64,000 nucleotides of DNA from the human T2T-CHM13v2.0 reference genome, Homo sapiens: the NCBI RefSeq assembly GCF_009914755.1, contig NC_060946.1. The stretch is one strand, 5' to 3'. The position numbers and the translations under genes were made by a program. Shown one piece after another: positions 1 to 17,212 of the stretch. The number at the start of each line of letters is the position of its first letter. Positions within the stretch are counted from its first letter, which is position 1. Under the pieces are notes generated by a model that saw nothing but the letters and a program-made list of their open reading frames with translations, was not told where the DNA came from and made no database searches.

Positions 1-249
1 TATCAATATCAGAAAAAAATCTCCTCCTGACCTCAGCCCAATCAGGCTCTCATGCCACCACACTTGCCAAGTTCTCTGGTGACCCCCACACTGCCAGACC
101 CAGTGCCCCCTCTCAGCTTTACTGGGCTCATCACTCTCCCTGAGAGCCGCCCCTGCATCCCAGCACCTGGCTCCACCCGAGTCTCCCCCGCCTGCCATCC
201 TAGCTCCTACTCTCCCCTCTGTCTTTGCTCTCTCTCCTGGTGGTCTGCT

Positions 250-1125
250 TGACATCTGAGCTTCAGCCTCCATTTATGCACTGACAACTCTCAAATTGAC
301 CTGCTGGCCTGGACTGCTCCTCCGATCACCAGACCTGAGGATCTACCTGCCTGCTTGAAGAAAGCATCTCAAACTTCAACGTGCCCAAAACCGAGCTCCT
401 GAGTGTCTGCTCAACCTGCTTCCTGAGAACCCTGCCTGTCTCCATTAGGGTCACCCCATCCTTCCAGGTACAGACAAAAGATCAGGGGTCCCCGGGGACT
501 CCCTACACAAGCGTCACACCCAACCCATCCTCAAATCCACAGGCTCCACTTCCAAGTGTGTCTGTGCAGCGTCAGCCACTTCCCAGCACCCTCTCCACGA
601 ATTACTGCAGTGACCTCCGGACAGGTCCCCACATGCTCCCTGCCCCTTACACAGCAATCCAAGGGGTCCATAGACCAGATCCATCCCCTTCCAGTCACAC
701 ACTCCACGAGCCCCCACTTCCCTCAGACAGGAAGCAGAGGCTTCACCATAACCTAAGAGATCCCGCACAACCTGGGCCATTCCCCTTGGATCACTTGCTG
801 CAGCCTCCCCAGCTCCCCACAGGGCTCTGTCCCTGCCATCACACCTGGATAGCAGACCAGGAGATAACTCCCCTGACCCCATCTCTGCCTCTGGGTCTTT
901 GCTCAGATGTCCCCTTCCCTGACTAGGTCACCCTCCATAGAGTCCCAGATTTTGAGGCCCTCCAGGTCTGTTTTTCTACAGCCCGTAACACACCCGCACT
1001 TGCCTAGTTTCTCCTCCCACCTGGAGTGTCACAGATTTCATCTGCCGTCTTTGTTTTTCACCCCAGCTTCAGGAACAACAGCTGATTCTTTAAGACAATG
1101 CTCAATACATTCTAGTCAAATAAAT
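250..1125 (-). mobile_element. Degenerate L2 LINE fragments
   Basis: L2-like motifs such as CATCTCAAACTTCAACGTGCCCAAAACCGAGCTCCTG and a 3'-like TGCTCAATACATT...AATAAAT. Confidence 0.55.
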
Positions 1126-1241
1126 GGTTTTAAGCGTCCACAAGGTGCCAAGCCTATGATTCCCGCATTCTCTTACCCTCAGCAACTTCATGTCTACAGA
1201 TGCTGAGTTTCTCAGTGAGTATTAAAAACAAATGAAAGATT

Positions 1242-1611
<370 letters not shown>

Positions 1612-1630
1612 CTAAGACCTGCTATGGTGA

Positions 1631-2253
<623 letters not shown>

Positions 2254-2968
2254 TTGTTGAGACCCTCCCATCCTCCAACTTTTATCTCACACTCTATTGT
2301 GCCTCCTTTGGGGACAGACAGTGGCTTCCTGGATGGACAGTGGCTTCCCCTCAGGTACCTGGGGAATTTGGGGGCCTCCTCCCCACTTAAGACCAGATTA
2401 GAAAAGAGAGACTCCACCTCACATTCTAGAGCGCCATCCCCACAAATGAACAAATGAGTGAATGGGATGCCTGTTGAAAAGGCAGGATATAGACAGCCTG
2501 GGTTCAATTTTAGCTTCACCACCTCCCAGCTGTGTGACCTCAGCTGATTTGCATGACCTGTCTGAGCCTCAGCATCCCCACCCTGTAAAATGGGAATCCA
2601 CACAGCATCCCCTTGCCCAAAGGAGCAGGGAGGGTTGTGAGAGGCTCGTGGGTGAAAAGCACAGAGCAGAGCATGGGCCCCAGTGAGCCCTGATCCATGA
2701 GGTCTGCTAGCATAATAATTATTCTTTCCATGTGCTGCACAGAGTGGCCCCGGAGGCCTTAGCAGAAATAACAGAAGCTCCCGGCCCTTTACCATGGTGA
2801 TGATGGTCCTGACCACTCACTGTGGGAGGGTGCTATGGGGCCAGGAAGGGATGGGGGGTGCTAGAACTGCCCCTGAACCCTGACGGGAGCAGGCTCCTGT
2901 GGGCAAGGCCCCTTCCCGGTGGCTCAGCCAGCTCTGCACCCACGCCCCAAGTCTGCCGCATGGCTTAC

Positions 2969-3055
2969 CCTTCTGGGACTGCTCCGAGCTGTTGAACATG
3001 CTGGCAAAGGCCAGCCTGGGGGCCACCTCGCGGGCATTGATGACCTCAGCTTTTC
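2969..3055 (-). pseudogene. GGT2: GGT third coding exon (87 nt)
   Basis: CTTCTTCTAG|GAAAAGCTGAGGTCATCAATGCCCGCGAG...CAGAAGG|GTAAG; encodes KAEVINAREVAPRLAFASMFNSSEQSQK. Confidence 0.93.
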
Positions 3056-3186
3056 CTAGAAGAAGCAGGTAGGCAGGCCCACCCACCAAAACCCTTTATG
3101 CCACGTGAGCCTGGGGGCCACCCAGCTGTGCCTCGGCCCAACCCACACCCCCTGCCCCTCTCCCTCTCCGCTTCCGAGGCACTCAT

Positions 3187-4607
<1,421 letters not shown>

Positions 4608-4714
4608 CAGTTTCCTCTTTATTAAGCAAACAAATGTACATGACTTTTATAATTGGGACAAAAAGGGAAATTGCTATACTTTATTAATAACATTTTTTTT
4701 TTCCCTGCTAGAGA

Positions 4715-5241
<527 letters not shown>

Positions 5242-5283
5242 GAATAAGCCCTTCATGTCCCTGTTTGGGCAACAGCGTTCCTT

Positions 5284-6137
<854 letters not shown>

Positions 6138-6138
6138 A

Positions 6139-6143
6139 TAGAT

Positions 6144-6230
<87 letters not shown>
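6139..6230. repeat. (GATA)n tetranucleotide microsatellite
   Basis: About 20 TAGA/GATA units with one interruption. Confidence 0.95.
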
Positions 6231-6498
6231 GAAGAAATAAGTAAAAATAACAACCAAACAACAAAACAGTGGAGTTTATCCAAAGAAACAGAGACTCTTA
6301 GAACTGAGAAAAGGGGCCCTGTTTGGCTCTAGAGACCCACACCCTGCTCTCGGAGTCACCGTCCCCTTCCCAAAGGCTACTGAGAGAGTCCAAGCGAAGC
6401 TTACATGTGGGGAAACTGAGTCTCAGAGGGGTGAAGGTATTGCTCAGGTCCACTTGCCCAGTTTTCAGGGCCCATGTCCCATGCCCTGCCCCGCTCAC

Positions 6499-6662
6499 CT
6501 CCCAATCTCCAAGCACTGCTTGGCATCCGCGGCCACGGCAGCCCTGGTGTACACATGGTTGTCAGGTTCCTTGGAGGCCGAGGGCAGCCAGAGACAGAGG
6601 CCGACAATGACCAGCACCAGGACCACGGCCAGCAGGCCCAGCACCACTAACTTCTTCTTCAT
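6499..6662 (-). pseudogene. GGT2: GGT first coding exon (ATG at 6662; N-terminal type II membrane anchor), 164 nt of CDS
   Basis: Minus strand reads GTGCAG|CAGAGCC-ATGAAGAAGAAGTTAGTG...GAGATTGGGAG|GTGAG; acceptor ~6669, donor GT at 6498-6497. Confidence 0.93.
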
Positions 6663-7212
6663 GGCTCTGCTGCACCCACGGGGTAAGGAGCAGGGTCAGG
6701 CCCAGCCTCAGACATGCCCTGGCCCCTCCCCAACAGGGCACAGTCTAAAGTCAGGCCTCAGAAACACAAGGCCTGTGTCTCCTTCCCGCTTCCCAGAATA
6801 CGTGCAGGCTGTCCGGCCCCCAGACCTTTGCGCAGGCCATGCCCTCTGCCAGAAGCTCTGGGCCTCATCTCTGCCCTCCCAAATCCTCCCTGCTTATCTT
6901 CAGAGCCCATCCTGGTAAGAACCCCATCTCCAGCAGCGGCCCTTCCTGGGAGCCCCCAGATTTCCACACCCCTCTTTCTGCAGGGCCTGGCCTACCTCCT
7001 CACAGTGGCTGAGCCTCCACTGCTTAGGGAGAAGCTCCAGCAGGGATGGGCCTGGCCTGGTTTCTCCTGTGTCCCCCACCCCAGCCTAGAGCCTGGCACT
7101 GTCCAGGAGTCCTCTGAAGACCCTCCACCCCACCTGGAGCATGGGGTTTAGCTTCCATAGTGCCCACAATCAGAGCGCCCCACAGATTCACTGCCACGGG
7201 GCCAGGACTTAC

Positions 7213-7494
7213 CGTCCAGCAGCAGACGGGGGCCCCAAGCCTTGCCTGGGGTGTTGGCCACGAAAGACAGGAGGATTTGGTGGAAACAGCTGAGGAAATA
7301 ACCGGGGTCTCCCTCACACTCTGCTGAAGCCTGTAGCCACAGAATCTTCTTCAGAGACTCTCTGATCAGGCAGCCTTCTCGTTCTCCTGAAGGTCAAGGG
7401 AGGTTACCTGAAGCATGCACAGCTCAGACCTTTCTGGGGGACTCCGTGTTACCTCCCTCTGCCTCTAGCTGGTTTCTCTGTCTCCAGTTGAACT
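7213..7494 (-). other. GGT 5'-UTR exon(s), with alternative internal splice sites
   Basis: Acceptor CTTTGCCTCCAG|AGTTCAAC at 7494, further acceptor CCTTCAG|GAGAACG at 7386, strong donor CTGGACG|GTAAGT at 7213/7212. Joining to CAGAGCCATG reproduces the GGT1-like mRNA leader as I recall it. Confidence 0.7.
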
Positions 7495-7701
7495 CTGGAG
7501 GCAAAGAGGCTGTCAGTAACACATTTGTTTCCATGAATTCTCTCAGCATGTCTCCCAGGCACAGGGTTTTGCACGGAGCAGGGCAGGTAGGGGACAGGGC
7601 ATTCCTGCACAAGCCCAGGATGTGCATGCGGTAAGCATGGCAAAGGGGGCTCAGGGGGCACCGCCAGCCTGCCCTGCTCTGACGCTGGACTTGCCACTCA
7701 C

Positions 7702-7773
7702 CTGCTGTGGGGCCTCAGGCAAATCACTGAACTGTCCAGCCTGGATGACGGCAGCACCTCACTTGCCTTGCTG
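7702..7773 (-). other. GGT upstream 5'-UTR exon (~69-72 nt)
   Basis: NAGNAG acceptor CTCCCAG|CAG|CAAGGCAAG (7773/7770) and consensus donor CAGCAG|GTGAGT (7702/7701). Confidence 0.65.
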
Positions 7774-8751
7774 CTGGGAGTGTTGTGAATAGAGTAGGTT
7801 AGACTGTGGGCAGGGCTTGGTGAATGGTAGCTGTGATTATCATCATGGCTGCACTGGGGACACCCCCAGGAGGCCTGAGTGGCACAGGTCTCTTGCTCAC
7901 TGTATGTCCCCTGTGGACTCCCTTCCAGGCTGTGCAGTGAGTGGCAGCAGTGACCCTTGGGAAGTCTCATGGCTACGGCAGCAGGTGACAGGTGTGACAA
8001 CAGGGAAGAGGGATGTGGTGACAGAGGTTGGGGTTCCCCTCTCCCACAGTCAGTTTCCCACAAAGGGCGGTGTCTGCCAGCAAGCCCCTCCAATGAGCCC
8101 CAAGCTTGGTTTCCCTCCACTCCACGCTGTCCCAGTGCAGAGCGTCTGACCTCAGAGGCAGACACACTGTCCCAGAGGTGGTCTATGAATGGAGTCCCCG
8201 TGCCCTCCCCACACACAGGGAACATCCAAATGCCATCATGGAAGGGTGGCCACCTCCCCAGGCTTGGTGGGCCTGGGGCCGATAGTGTGATACATTTGAC
8301 CCCCTCCCAGCCCTGGATGCAGACACCAAGAGCAGAGAGACCTGGCAGTAGTCATGCAGCAGCGCACCACCCCACATCCTCAGCACAATCCAAAGCAGCC
8401 CCTCATCCCCACCGTGACCACCACAGCCTGAATCCAGGCACCACCTGTTTCTGACCTGAACTCCCTCACAGCCCCCGCCTGCACTCCCTCCCTCCAACAT
8501 CACCTGCCCTTCAGTCTTCCAGAAAGCAGCTAGAGGGCTCTGTCTGTCCAACTGCAGAACAGGCCCTGCCTCCTCCCTGCCCCGTTGGACAGCTCACACC
8601 CTTCACCAGGCCTGACAGCGCTCTTGCCACTCCAACACCCTGGGTCCCAGCTGGGAGTCCGGGTCAGGGTTAAGGGTTCCTGATAGAGACACCGATTCCT
8701 GGAGGTCCAAAGAGCCTCAGGAGCTGGGCCAGCAATATGCAGCATCTATTA

Positions 8752-9193
<442 letters not shown>

Positions 9194-9862
9194 TTAGTTG
9201 TGATAATAAAAACTGGACATTAATATAGGCAGAAAAACAGAACAGCCTTGATATGGTTAACCCTTTGACACTGGCAAACACTGTGACCAGTGCTGCCCAC
9301 ACTGGAAGCTCCTGCATCCCTCTTCCTCATGTTTCCTTCAGCATTAAGGAGCAACAAGGGAGACAGCCAGTTCATAGTTCCTTACGCATGGAGCCAAAGG
9401 ACCTTCAATGTACAAGGTCTGAGCAAGGACCCGCAGCCACATGTGCTTCCTGCTTCAGCAGTGCCCCGTGGGTCTCAGAGCTACCCAAAGGCCTATCCTT
9501 CCGAGAGGTTTCTCCTCTCTCCCAACTGATGTCATACGTCTCATCTTCCTTGTCATTCAGATCATCAACCACAAACGTCCTTGCCTTATATTTTCATATC
9601 CCTTTTCACCAGTTACAGGGTTAGTTAACTTACGAAATTCTTAACATCTGCATTAGATCTTTTTAAAGTTTCACCCTCAACCACCTATTATTTAGAAGTG
9701 AACACAGAAATTTAGTTTCCTTGTGCTATCTGTTGACCCCTAAAATATGCTGGGAGTTTTGGGATTTTTTTTAAAGTCAAATGCATGGCATAAAGCAAAA
9801 TTACACTACTAAAGAACTGAGTCAGGCCAGACGCTGGCAACGTGAAGACAGCTTCTCCTTAC

Positions 9863-10241
9863 CCACTAGGTTCATCTTTGCACTGTTAACTCCCAAAGTA
9901 TTGCTTCTCGGTGCTGGGTGTGTGGCATTCATATTCCCCGGCATCCCGGGCCTGAAGATCTGTGATGTGCAATAGGGTTGGGTTCCCCTGGACTCTTTCT
10001 ATGAAGATCTTCCCTCCGCGGACGCGCTGGGTGTAGATGGCATAGGGGAAGGAAGAGTCCATGGTGCTGACGATCTGCACCTCTCGCTCTGGCGACGAAG
10101 GCAGGTAAATGGACCACTGGAAATTCTGTTCAGAAGGTCCCTGGTAGCCACTCACATTGCACCAGATAGTGATGTGGGAGCCCTCCGTGCGGTACAAGGG
10201 TCCTTCCTGAACGGTGACCTGCCGCTGTGCTGACACCACAC
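9863..10241 (-). pseudogene. IGSF3: Unprocessed IGSF3 pseudogene exon (first Ig V-type domain), frameshifted
   Basis: Translates GVVSAQRQVTVQEGPLYRTEGSHITIWCNVSGYQGPSEQNFQWSIYLPSSPEREVQIVSTMDSSFPYAIYTQRVRGGKIFIERVQGNPTLLHITDLQARDAGEYECHTPSTEKQYFGS*, matching the IGSF3 N-terminal domain. Acceptor CCCTCGTAG|GT and donor GTGG|GTAAGG are intact. Length is 379 nt; a 1-nt insertion turns TAC into TAA-C, and the -SAKMNLV- continuation is visible in the shifted frame. Confidence 0.92.
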
Positions 10242-12174
10242 CTACGAGGGAGAGAAACACACGCAACATGCTCACTTACTTCTCAGACCAAAATGCAAAG
10301 TAGGCAGCAATCTCCAAAGGGTTTGTTATTTGTGTGACATGATAATAATATAAACAGCTTACTGGCCCTTTCAAAGGCACTCTGTGATTTATAAATATTA
10401 ATTAAAACACTCTGTGGTAAAGCACTGTCCCTAATTTGCATATATGGGAATTTGATCATGCCAAGATGTGCTTTTGTTACTTATTCAACAGCTGACCCTT
10501 GGGAATTTCATTTAGCCCCTCTGTTTGTCATGTATACGGCAGTTTTATATCTATTTATTAATGCTGTGTATAAAGTTTTTAATAAAATAAGCAGGAAAAG
10601 TTGAATCCTTGGCACAAATTCAGATGAAAACAAATAAAAGCAACCATCTAGGAATCTGGCTGAAATTAAATGCTTCTTCCTTGGTCCGAGTGCTGGTGGG
10701 AGGGAGTCCTGGGAGCACCTTTTTACTGGTGCTGCACCCTTCATTTTCCCACGTAGCTGCTCCCCAACACCACCCCAAGGAGCATTCCTTAGTTTCTCTT
10801 CCCTCCATAAATGGAGGCAGAGCTGAGCTCCTGCAGGCTGCTATCGTTTTAAGCTGAGCACACCCAAATACAAATGTGAAGGGCTGAAACAGATCCCTGA
10901 TGCCCAGATTCCCACAAACTGACAAAGGGGGGAACTAACAGTGCCCAGCTAAACCTGTGACAAGGACAGTCAGGCTACCCTTGAGTTTCCCACTCAAGAC
11001 TCCCCCGCTGACCTCCTGCCTTCTGGCTCAGATACTGTTCTCCACGGTCACTTCTGCCTGCCTTCTCCATGTTCTTCTTAAAGTGGCATGGTGAGTTTAA
11101 TTTCTCATTTCGTGCCAACTCAACATTGATTGTGCCTGAGCCACTCAGAAGGTGGGAGGGGGCACACCCCTGCCTCTTCATTTCGGCAGTGGTCACGTAC
11201 TGCAGGTTGTGAAAAGCGCAGGTGAGTTATAGGCGCAGCTTTGCCACCAATTAGAGCTGGTTGTGTCATCTCAGACAACTTGCTTTTCTTCTCCAGACCT
11301 TGATCTTCTCATCTATCACATGATTTCTAAGAACGTTTTAGAGAGCACTAGCATGGGTTCCGATGCTGGCTTTGTCACTTATTAACTGTGATCTTGGATA
11401 AGCTGCTTAACCTCTCTAAGCCTCAGTTTTCTCATCGGTAAGATGGGGATAATAATGCCTGTCTCATAGGGTTATTGAGAAGATTTAGTAACATCTGTAA
11501 AGACCCTAGCACAGAGCCTAGCCCACAATCAGTCCTCAATAAAGAGCTGCTGGCTAAGACATATTTCTGCTGGAACATTCTGTGGCTCTGGATCCATAGA
11601 GGACAGGATTTGGCCAATGACTGCTTAAGGACATTTCAACGGCCCCTTGACAATGACACCATCACTGGGCTGCCCACCTCATCCCACAGCTGCAGCCCAT
11701 TCTTGTGATAGCTTCCCTTTTCCCCCACAAATGGGAATGGCGGCTGCCCTGGCTATGCCTATCTGAAGTGGATCCAGCTGGTGAACAGCCGGGACAGCTC
11801 AAATACTAGTGGAGTGCAGCTCTCTGCCCAGCCCAGCAGGTGACTGTGCCTCAGTGTAAGCTAATCTAATCTGCAAGATGACAGACCTCAAAACGGCCCA
11901 TACAATGAAATGCCCATGGCTTGCAAAACTTTAATTCATGCAGAACCTTTCCTCACAAACAAAATCTTACACAGCACCCCATCTTGGCTTCAGCAGAACC
12001 AGGAAAAATAAAAAATTGGCAGGGGAAGGAAATAAACAGAACAAGTGGTATCTGAATTTATTTGATATATTCTGGTTGATGGCATTAATTATGACATTTA
12101 AAGTCACCATGAGGACAACTCATTAGTAATATCAGTATGTTAAAATATGGTGCATAACATTTTTAATATATGTA

Positions 12175-12488
12175 CAGTCATGCACTGAATAACATTTCAG
12201 TCAATGAGGAAACACATGTGCAACAGTGATCCTGTAAGATTATAATGGAGCATATATAGAGATCTAATATATGGCACTTAATGTTGGCATGGCAGATCAA
12301 GTAGGGGAAATGACTGATATTTAGTAACAGTGCTGGGACATTTGATTTTCCATAATAAAATATATAAATGAAAATATATATCCCATCTAGGTTTGTTGAA
12401 ATACACCCTATGATGTTCACACAAGAATGAAATTGCCTAATGATGCATTTCTTAAAACATGTCCCCATCATTAAGTGACCCATGACTG
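12175..12488. mobile_element. Tigger3a/MER7-like TcMar DNA transposon
   Basis: TA|CAGTCATG...CATGACTG|TA terminal inverted repeats; internal GTAAGATTATAATGGAGC. Confidence 0.8.
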
Positions 12489-13852
12489 TATACACACACA
12501 CATATGGTGACACTTAAATCAAATGATTGCAGTATTCCTGAAACACAGAACATTTTGCAAACAATTTACCTACATTCATAACATTAGGCATCCTTAGAAT
12601 TGCAGTGTTCTATGACAGAGCAACTACAACCAACCCCCATCCATCTCCTGCAAAGAAGGCTGGAGGCAGGTCAGGGTACACCAGCATCTTCAAGAACTGC
12701 TTCTCAATCCTGGACCTACACTGGAATCACCTGGGGAGCTTTAAAAAAAATAACAGTGCCTGGACCCCACCTGACATAACTGGTCTTAGGATTAATTAGG
12801 GTTTTTTTTGAAGCTCCACAGATGATTCAAATCAGGTGTAGCAAAGCACTGTTACTTTAAAGTGTCTCTACCTACGTGGTGCCAGCCAAGTGCTCAAATG
12901 AAATATCTTAAGGCTCTCACTGGCTTTAAGTTTCTCTCTTTGGTAGAGACCCAATCACTGGTTCAAGGAAGTTTCATTCTCCTCCAGTCTTCCCCAGTGC
13001 AAAAGAAAACAGCTGAGACCCATCAGATACTGGCTTTTGTGATGCAATAATGAGTTTAACCAGAATGCATCCGATTTACAGACCTTACAAAGGCACTAGG
13101 CCATCGGATCATGCACGTCCTCCCCACCCAAAGGTAAACAGTGTTAAGTGGCCTGAATGAGCCAGGACAGCAGGGTCAAATCAACTTGTCTAGGCTGGAA
13201 GCAGGTTATAAACAATCTGGACAAATAAATAACTACTGGATTGCACTTTAACCACACACATTCAGCTGCACCTGTTTATTAAATACCTCCTTATTTTCCC
13301 TCTGCCCCACAAAGGGCTTCTGACCCCTGAAAATAATGCTTCTCAACATAAAAAGAATTGTTTTCTTCTTGGCAGTTTAATTCCCCTTCCACACATCCCA
13401 CCCCACCATTTCCCTATAATGGTAATACCCCGCTGTGCAGACCTCTGCTGCCTCCAAAGAGACACAGGCGCCCAACCCTGACCAGGGCATCCTCTGACCC
13501 ACAGCCCCTCTATCTCCCCTCTCAGCCTACAATAGAAAGTTCCTCCCAGGCAAGGATCATTTTTTTTAAATAACTTTTTTAACTTTAGACATTCTGTACT
13601 CTTTGGATTACTCTGCAATAAGCAAATATGACTTCTGTAACATAAAAAGAAAGATCAAAATGTTATATATAACTGCATGAAAAGAACTAGAAAGAAAATA
13701 CTAGGTGACAGGATGGCAAGTGATTTTTATTTTTTTCTTAATATTTTACTCCTTCCCCCAGTCCTCTGCAATGAGTATGTACCAGTTTTATAACTAGAAA
13801 AAAATTTTAGCCAAAAAGAAAAATAATGCATGTTTGCTATATAAAATTCACT

Positions 13853-13859
13853 ACTGTAG

Positions 13860-13903
<44 letters not shown>

Positions 13904-14320
13904 CATATTTGGTCTTTGTCCCCAGTTCCTGGCACTGAGCTCCTAAACCCCTTGGAACTTCCTAAGCAATGGGAGTACCTTTTGTTATTTATAAGAAGCC
14001 CCTTTTGGCCATCCCAGAGTTTATGCTAACGAGGTGACTGAAGGTGAGCACGGAGGCAGTTTCAAGGAAGGAGCTGGCCACGCTTAGAATTGTGGAGTTT
14101 TCAGCCCCGCCCTTAGACCTCCAAGGACAAGAGGGGGACCGCAGATTGATCCAATCAGCATTGGTCAGTGATTTGATCAGTCATACCCACGTAATGAAAT
14201 CCCATATGAAAACCCTAAATAATGGAGTTAGGAGAGCTTCTGGGTGCTGGAAGCGGCGTGCACCAGGAGAGGGCATGGGCAGTGAGCACTACTCCCCTCT
14301 CAGACCTTGCCCTATGCACT
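13853..14320 (+). mobile_element. MER21-like LTR fragment containing (TA)n at 13864-13896
   Basis: GGTCTTTGTCCCCAGTTCCTGGCACTGAGCTCCTAAACCCCTTGGAA...GAGTTTATGCTAA motifs. Confidence 0.65.
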
Positions 14321-15450
14321 AAATAGGACTGACCTATGTGACCAATAGGAAATGCACAAATGGTGGAATGTGACTTCCAGGGCTAGGTCATAAAAAGACA
14401 AGCACGATGTTATGAGGACATCAAAGCAGCCATATGGGGAGGACCCCATGAGGCCTCCTGCCAGCAGCTAGCACTAACTTGGCTAGCATGTGACTGGAAG
14501 TAGATTCTCCAGCCTCAGTCAACTCAGTCAAGCCTTCAGATAATGTCAACCCCAGGCATCTTTTTGTTGTTGTTGAGACAGGGTCTCACTCTGTCACCCA
14601 GGCTGGAGTGCAGTGGTGCAATCATAGCTCACTGCAGCCTTGACCTCTGAGGCTCAAGTGATCCTCCCACATCAGCCTCCTGAGTATCTGGGACCACCAG
14701 CACACACCACCATGCCTGGCTAACTTTTTTATTTCTTATAGAGATGGGATGATATGGTTGGGGTCTGTGTACCCACCTAAATCTCACGTTCAATTATAAT
14801 CCCCAATGTTAGAGGTGGGGCCTGGTGGGAGGTGACTGGATCACAGGAATGGATCTTTCATGAATGATTTAGCATCACCCTTTTGGTGCTGTGCTCGTTA
14901 GAGTTCTCCCAGTATCTAATTGTTTAAAAGTGTGTGGCACCTCCCCCCTCTCTCTCTTGCTCCTGCTTTGGCCATGTAAGGCGTGCCTGCTTCCCCTTCA
15001 CCTTCCACCATGATTGAAAGTTTCCTGTGCTTGCCCCAGAAGCTGAGCAGATGCCAGCATTATGCTCCCTGAACAGCCTGTGGAACTGCGAGACAATTAA
15101 ACCTCTTTTCTTTATAAATTCTCCAGTCTCATGTATTTATAGCAATGTGAGAACTGACTAATACATAGGGTCTCACTGTGTTGCCCAGGCTGGTCTCAAA
15201 CTCCTGGGCTCAAGTAATCCTCCTGGCTTTGCTTCCCAGAGTGTAGAGATTACAGGCATGACCACTGAACCTGCCCCTTTCCCCCCAACAACATCTTGAT
15301 TGCAACCTCCTAAGAGACTCCGAGTCAGAAGTATCCAGTTAAGATGTTACTGACTTTCTGAACCACAGAAACTGTGAGATAATAAACATCTATTGTTCCT
15401 TTAAGCCTTAAGTTTGGGGCTTTTTTTTTACACCAATATATAACTAATGT
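14320..15450. mobile_element. Nested repeats: MLT1 LTR containing an AluJ (-, ~14560-15275), which contains an MST-type LTR
   Basis: MLT1-like sequence on both sides of the Alu; the Alu is split at GAGATGGG|...|GGTCTCACT. Confidence 0.7.
14750..15165 (+). mobile_element. MSTA/MSTB-type MaLR solo LTR
   Basis: Begins TGATATGGTT, ends GACTAATACA; internal ATTAAACCTCTTTTCTTTATAAATT; degenerate 5-bp TSD TGGGA/TAGGG. Confidence 0.85.
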
Positions 15451-17212
15451 AGACACCTGCAGTCCCTAAGATTGAATGCAAAATTGTGTTACATACACAT
15501 GAGTGTGTTCTTCTGGGAAAAGAGTCCATAAACTTCAAAAGATTCTCAAAGGAATCCAAGACCCAAAAAGATTAAGAAACATTGCATCAGACAATAAATT
15601 GTCAATGAGCAAGGTCCTGTCCTTTTAGATTGGGTTTTGAAATCACCCATCCCACAAATATATGATACCACTTAACTAGTTTTTCAAGATATTTCTTGTT
15701 CAAAGATGCTCCCACTTTTTCTTTGTGCTCAAGTCCTAGATAAACCTGGCTAGGGGCAGGAGGTATGATTCAGGAGTTAGTGAGCCGGGAGGGCTCACTG
15801 TGCCTGGGAAAGCCAGCTTCTCATGAATTTTTGGAATATGCCTTGGCTCAGAAACCTACCTCTCTAGGCACAGGATCCAACTTATACGTTCAAGATGCGT
15901 GACTGAGCATGTGAAAGTGTCAGAGGGATCGACCTCACCATTTTACATCTACTTTTCCAGTTGTGGCCCCTACAATCATCAAGGCTCATTCGGCACCATG
16001 CTCCTCCAAATTCTGCATGCGACTCAGCCACACTAATATCTTTCTTCATCTATAAGATGAAAGTAATACAATGCACCATGTAGCAAACTCACAGGAGACC
16101 CTAGAGATCAAATAACACTGTGAAAGCCACCAAATGAATATTTTAAAATTTTATCTCATTTCTGCCAAGGTGAGATATCAATCTAAAAACAGGATAAATC
16201 TTTGTAAGTACAAGAACATTAAAAAGAACATTAAGTTTGGGTTAAAAATGCAAAACTGCATATGCAGGAAAATTACGTTAAAAAAAAAAAAATCCTACAC
16301 CTACAAAAACAACCAAACAAAACATTGATGATACTGGGCTGATTCACTGAATGGTGAGAATATGAGTGATTTTCTCCTCTCCTATTTTTCTCAATACCTT
16401 TTCTCTATTATCTCCTTTTTTAAATAAGCAAGTATATATTGTTCTAAACCGAAGATAAATGATCATGAGCAGCACTTTCCCAGGCACTGTCCTAGTTGCT
16501 CTGCATACATCATCGCATTTAATCCTCACAACAGTGAATGGGGTCGATTTCATTACAGCCACATTTACCAGACAAGGAAATGGTTTTCAAGGTTAAGTAA
16601 CCTTCTCATGACACAGAATGTGACTAAGAGTTTTCTTATTCCATGGCTCACACTAAATGTGCTCTGTGAATATCAGTGAGAAGTAATAAAGCACTGACTG
16701 GATTTTCTTGGTCACCGGGTCCTAAAAGAAATGATGGGGAATCTATGCAGTCCCAAGTTAAAAATGGGAACTGAACTGAGCTGCCACAGCATGCTGAATA
16801 GGTGGAGTCCAGGCCAACTAAGTGCTTCATGGAACTTAAAGGCTCCAGAGGGAAAGCAATCGGGAAGGCACTTCCACAGGCACATCGGTGAAAACTTCTG
16901 GGGATTCTTACCTGTCAGCCTTCAGCCAAGGAAGGACAGGAAGTGGCATGGGCTAAAAGATCCTTTGTTTGACCTCTTTCCAGATCAGGTGATAGGAAAA
17001 CACAACACTTGAACCTTTCCAATAAGGACAGCCAGCACTTACTGAGCCCCAGCCAGGTAACTGACACTGTTCCAAGTACTCTGCTTGTATAACCAGCTTT
17101 AACCTTGCAACAGCCCTCTGAGGTAAATACTCCTAGTGACCTCACTTTACGGATGCAGAACCTGAGGCAAGGAGTTAGGGAGTAAATGAAGCTGGCTAAA
17201 GGCACTTGCACT

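Noticed and set aside
9886-10275. 129-aa stand-alone secreted Ig-domain ORF (MSMLRVFLSLVGVVSA...)
   Set aside because: The apparent signal peptide is read from the intron's polypyrimidine tract and the stop comes from a 1-bp insertion; no promoter is evident. It is best explained as a pseudo-exon, although not strictly excluded.
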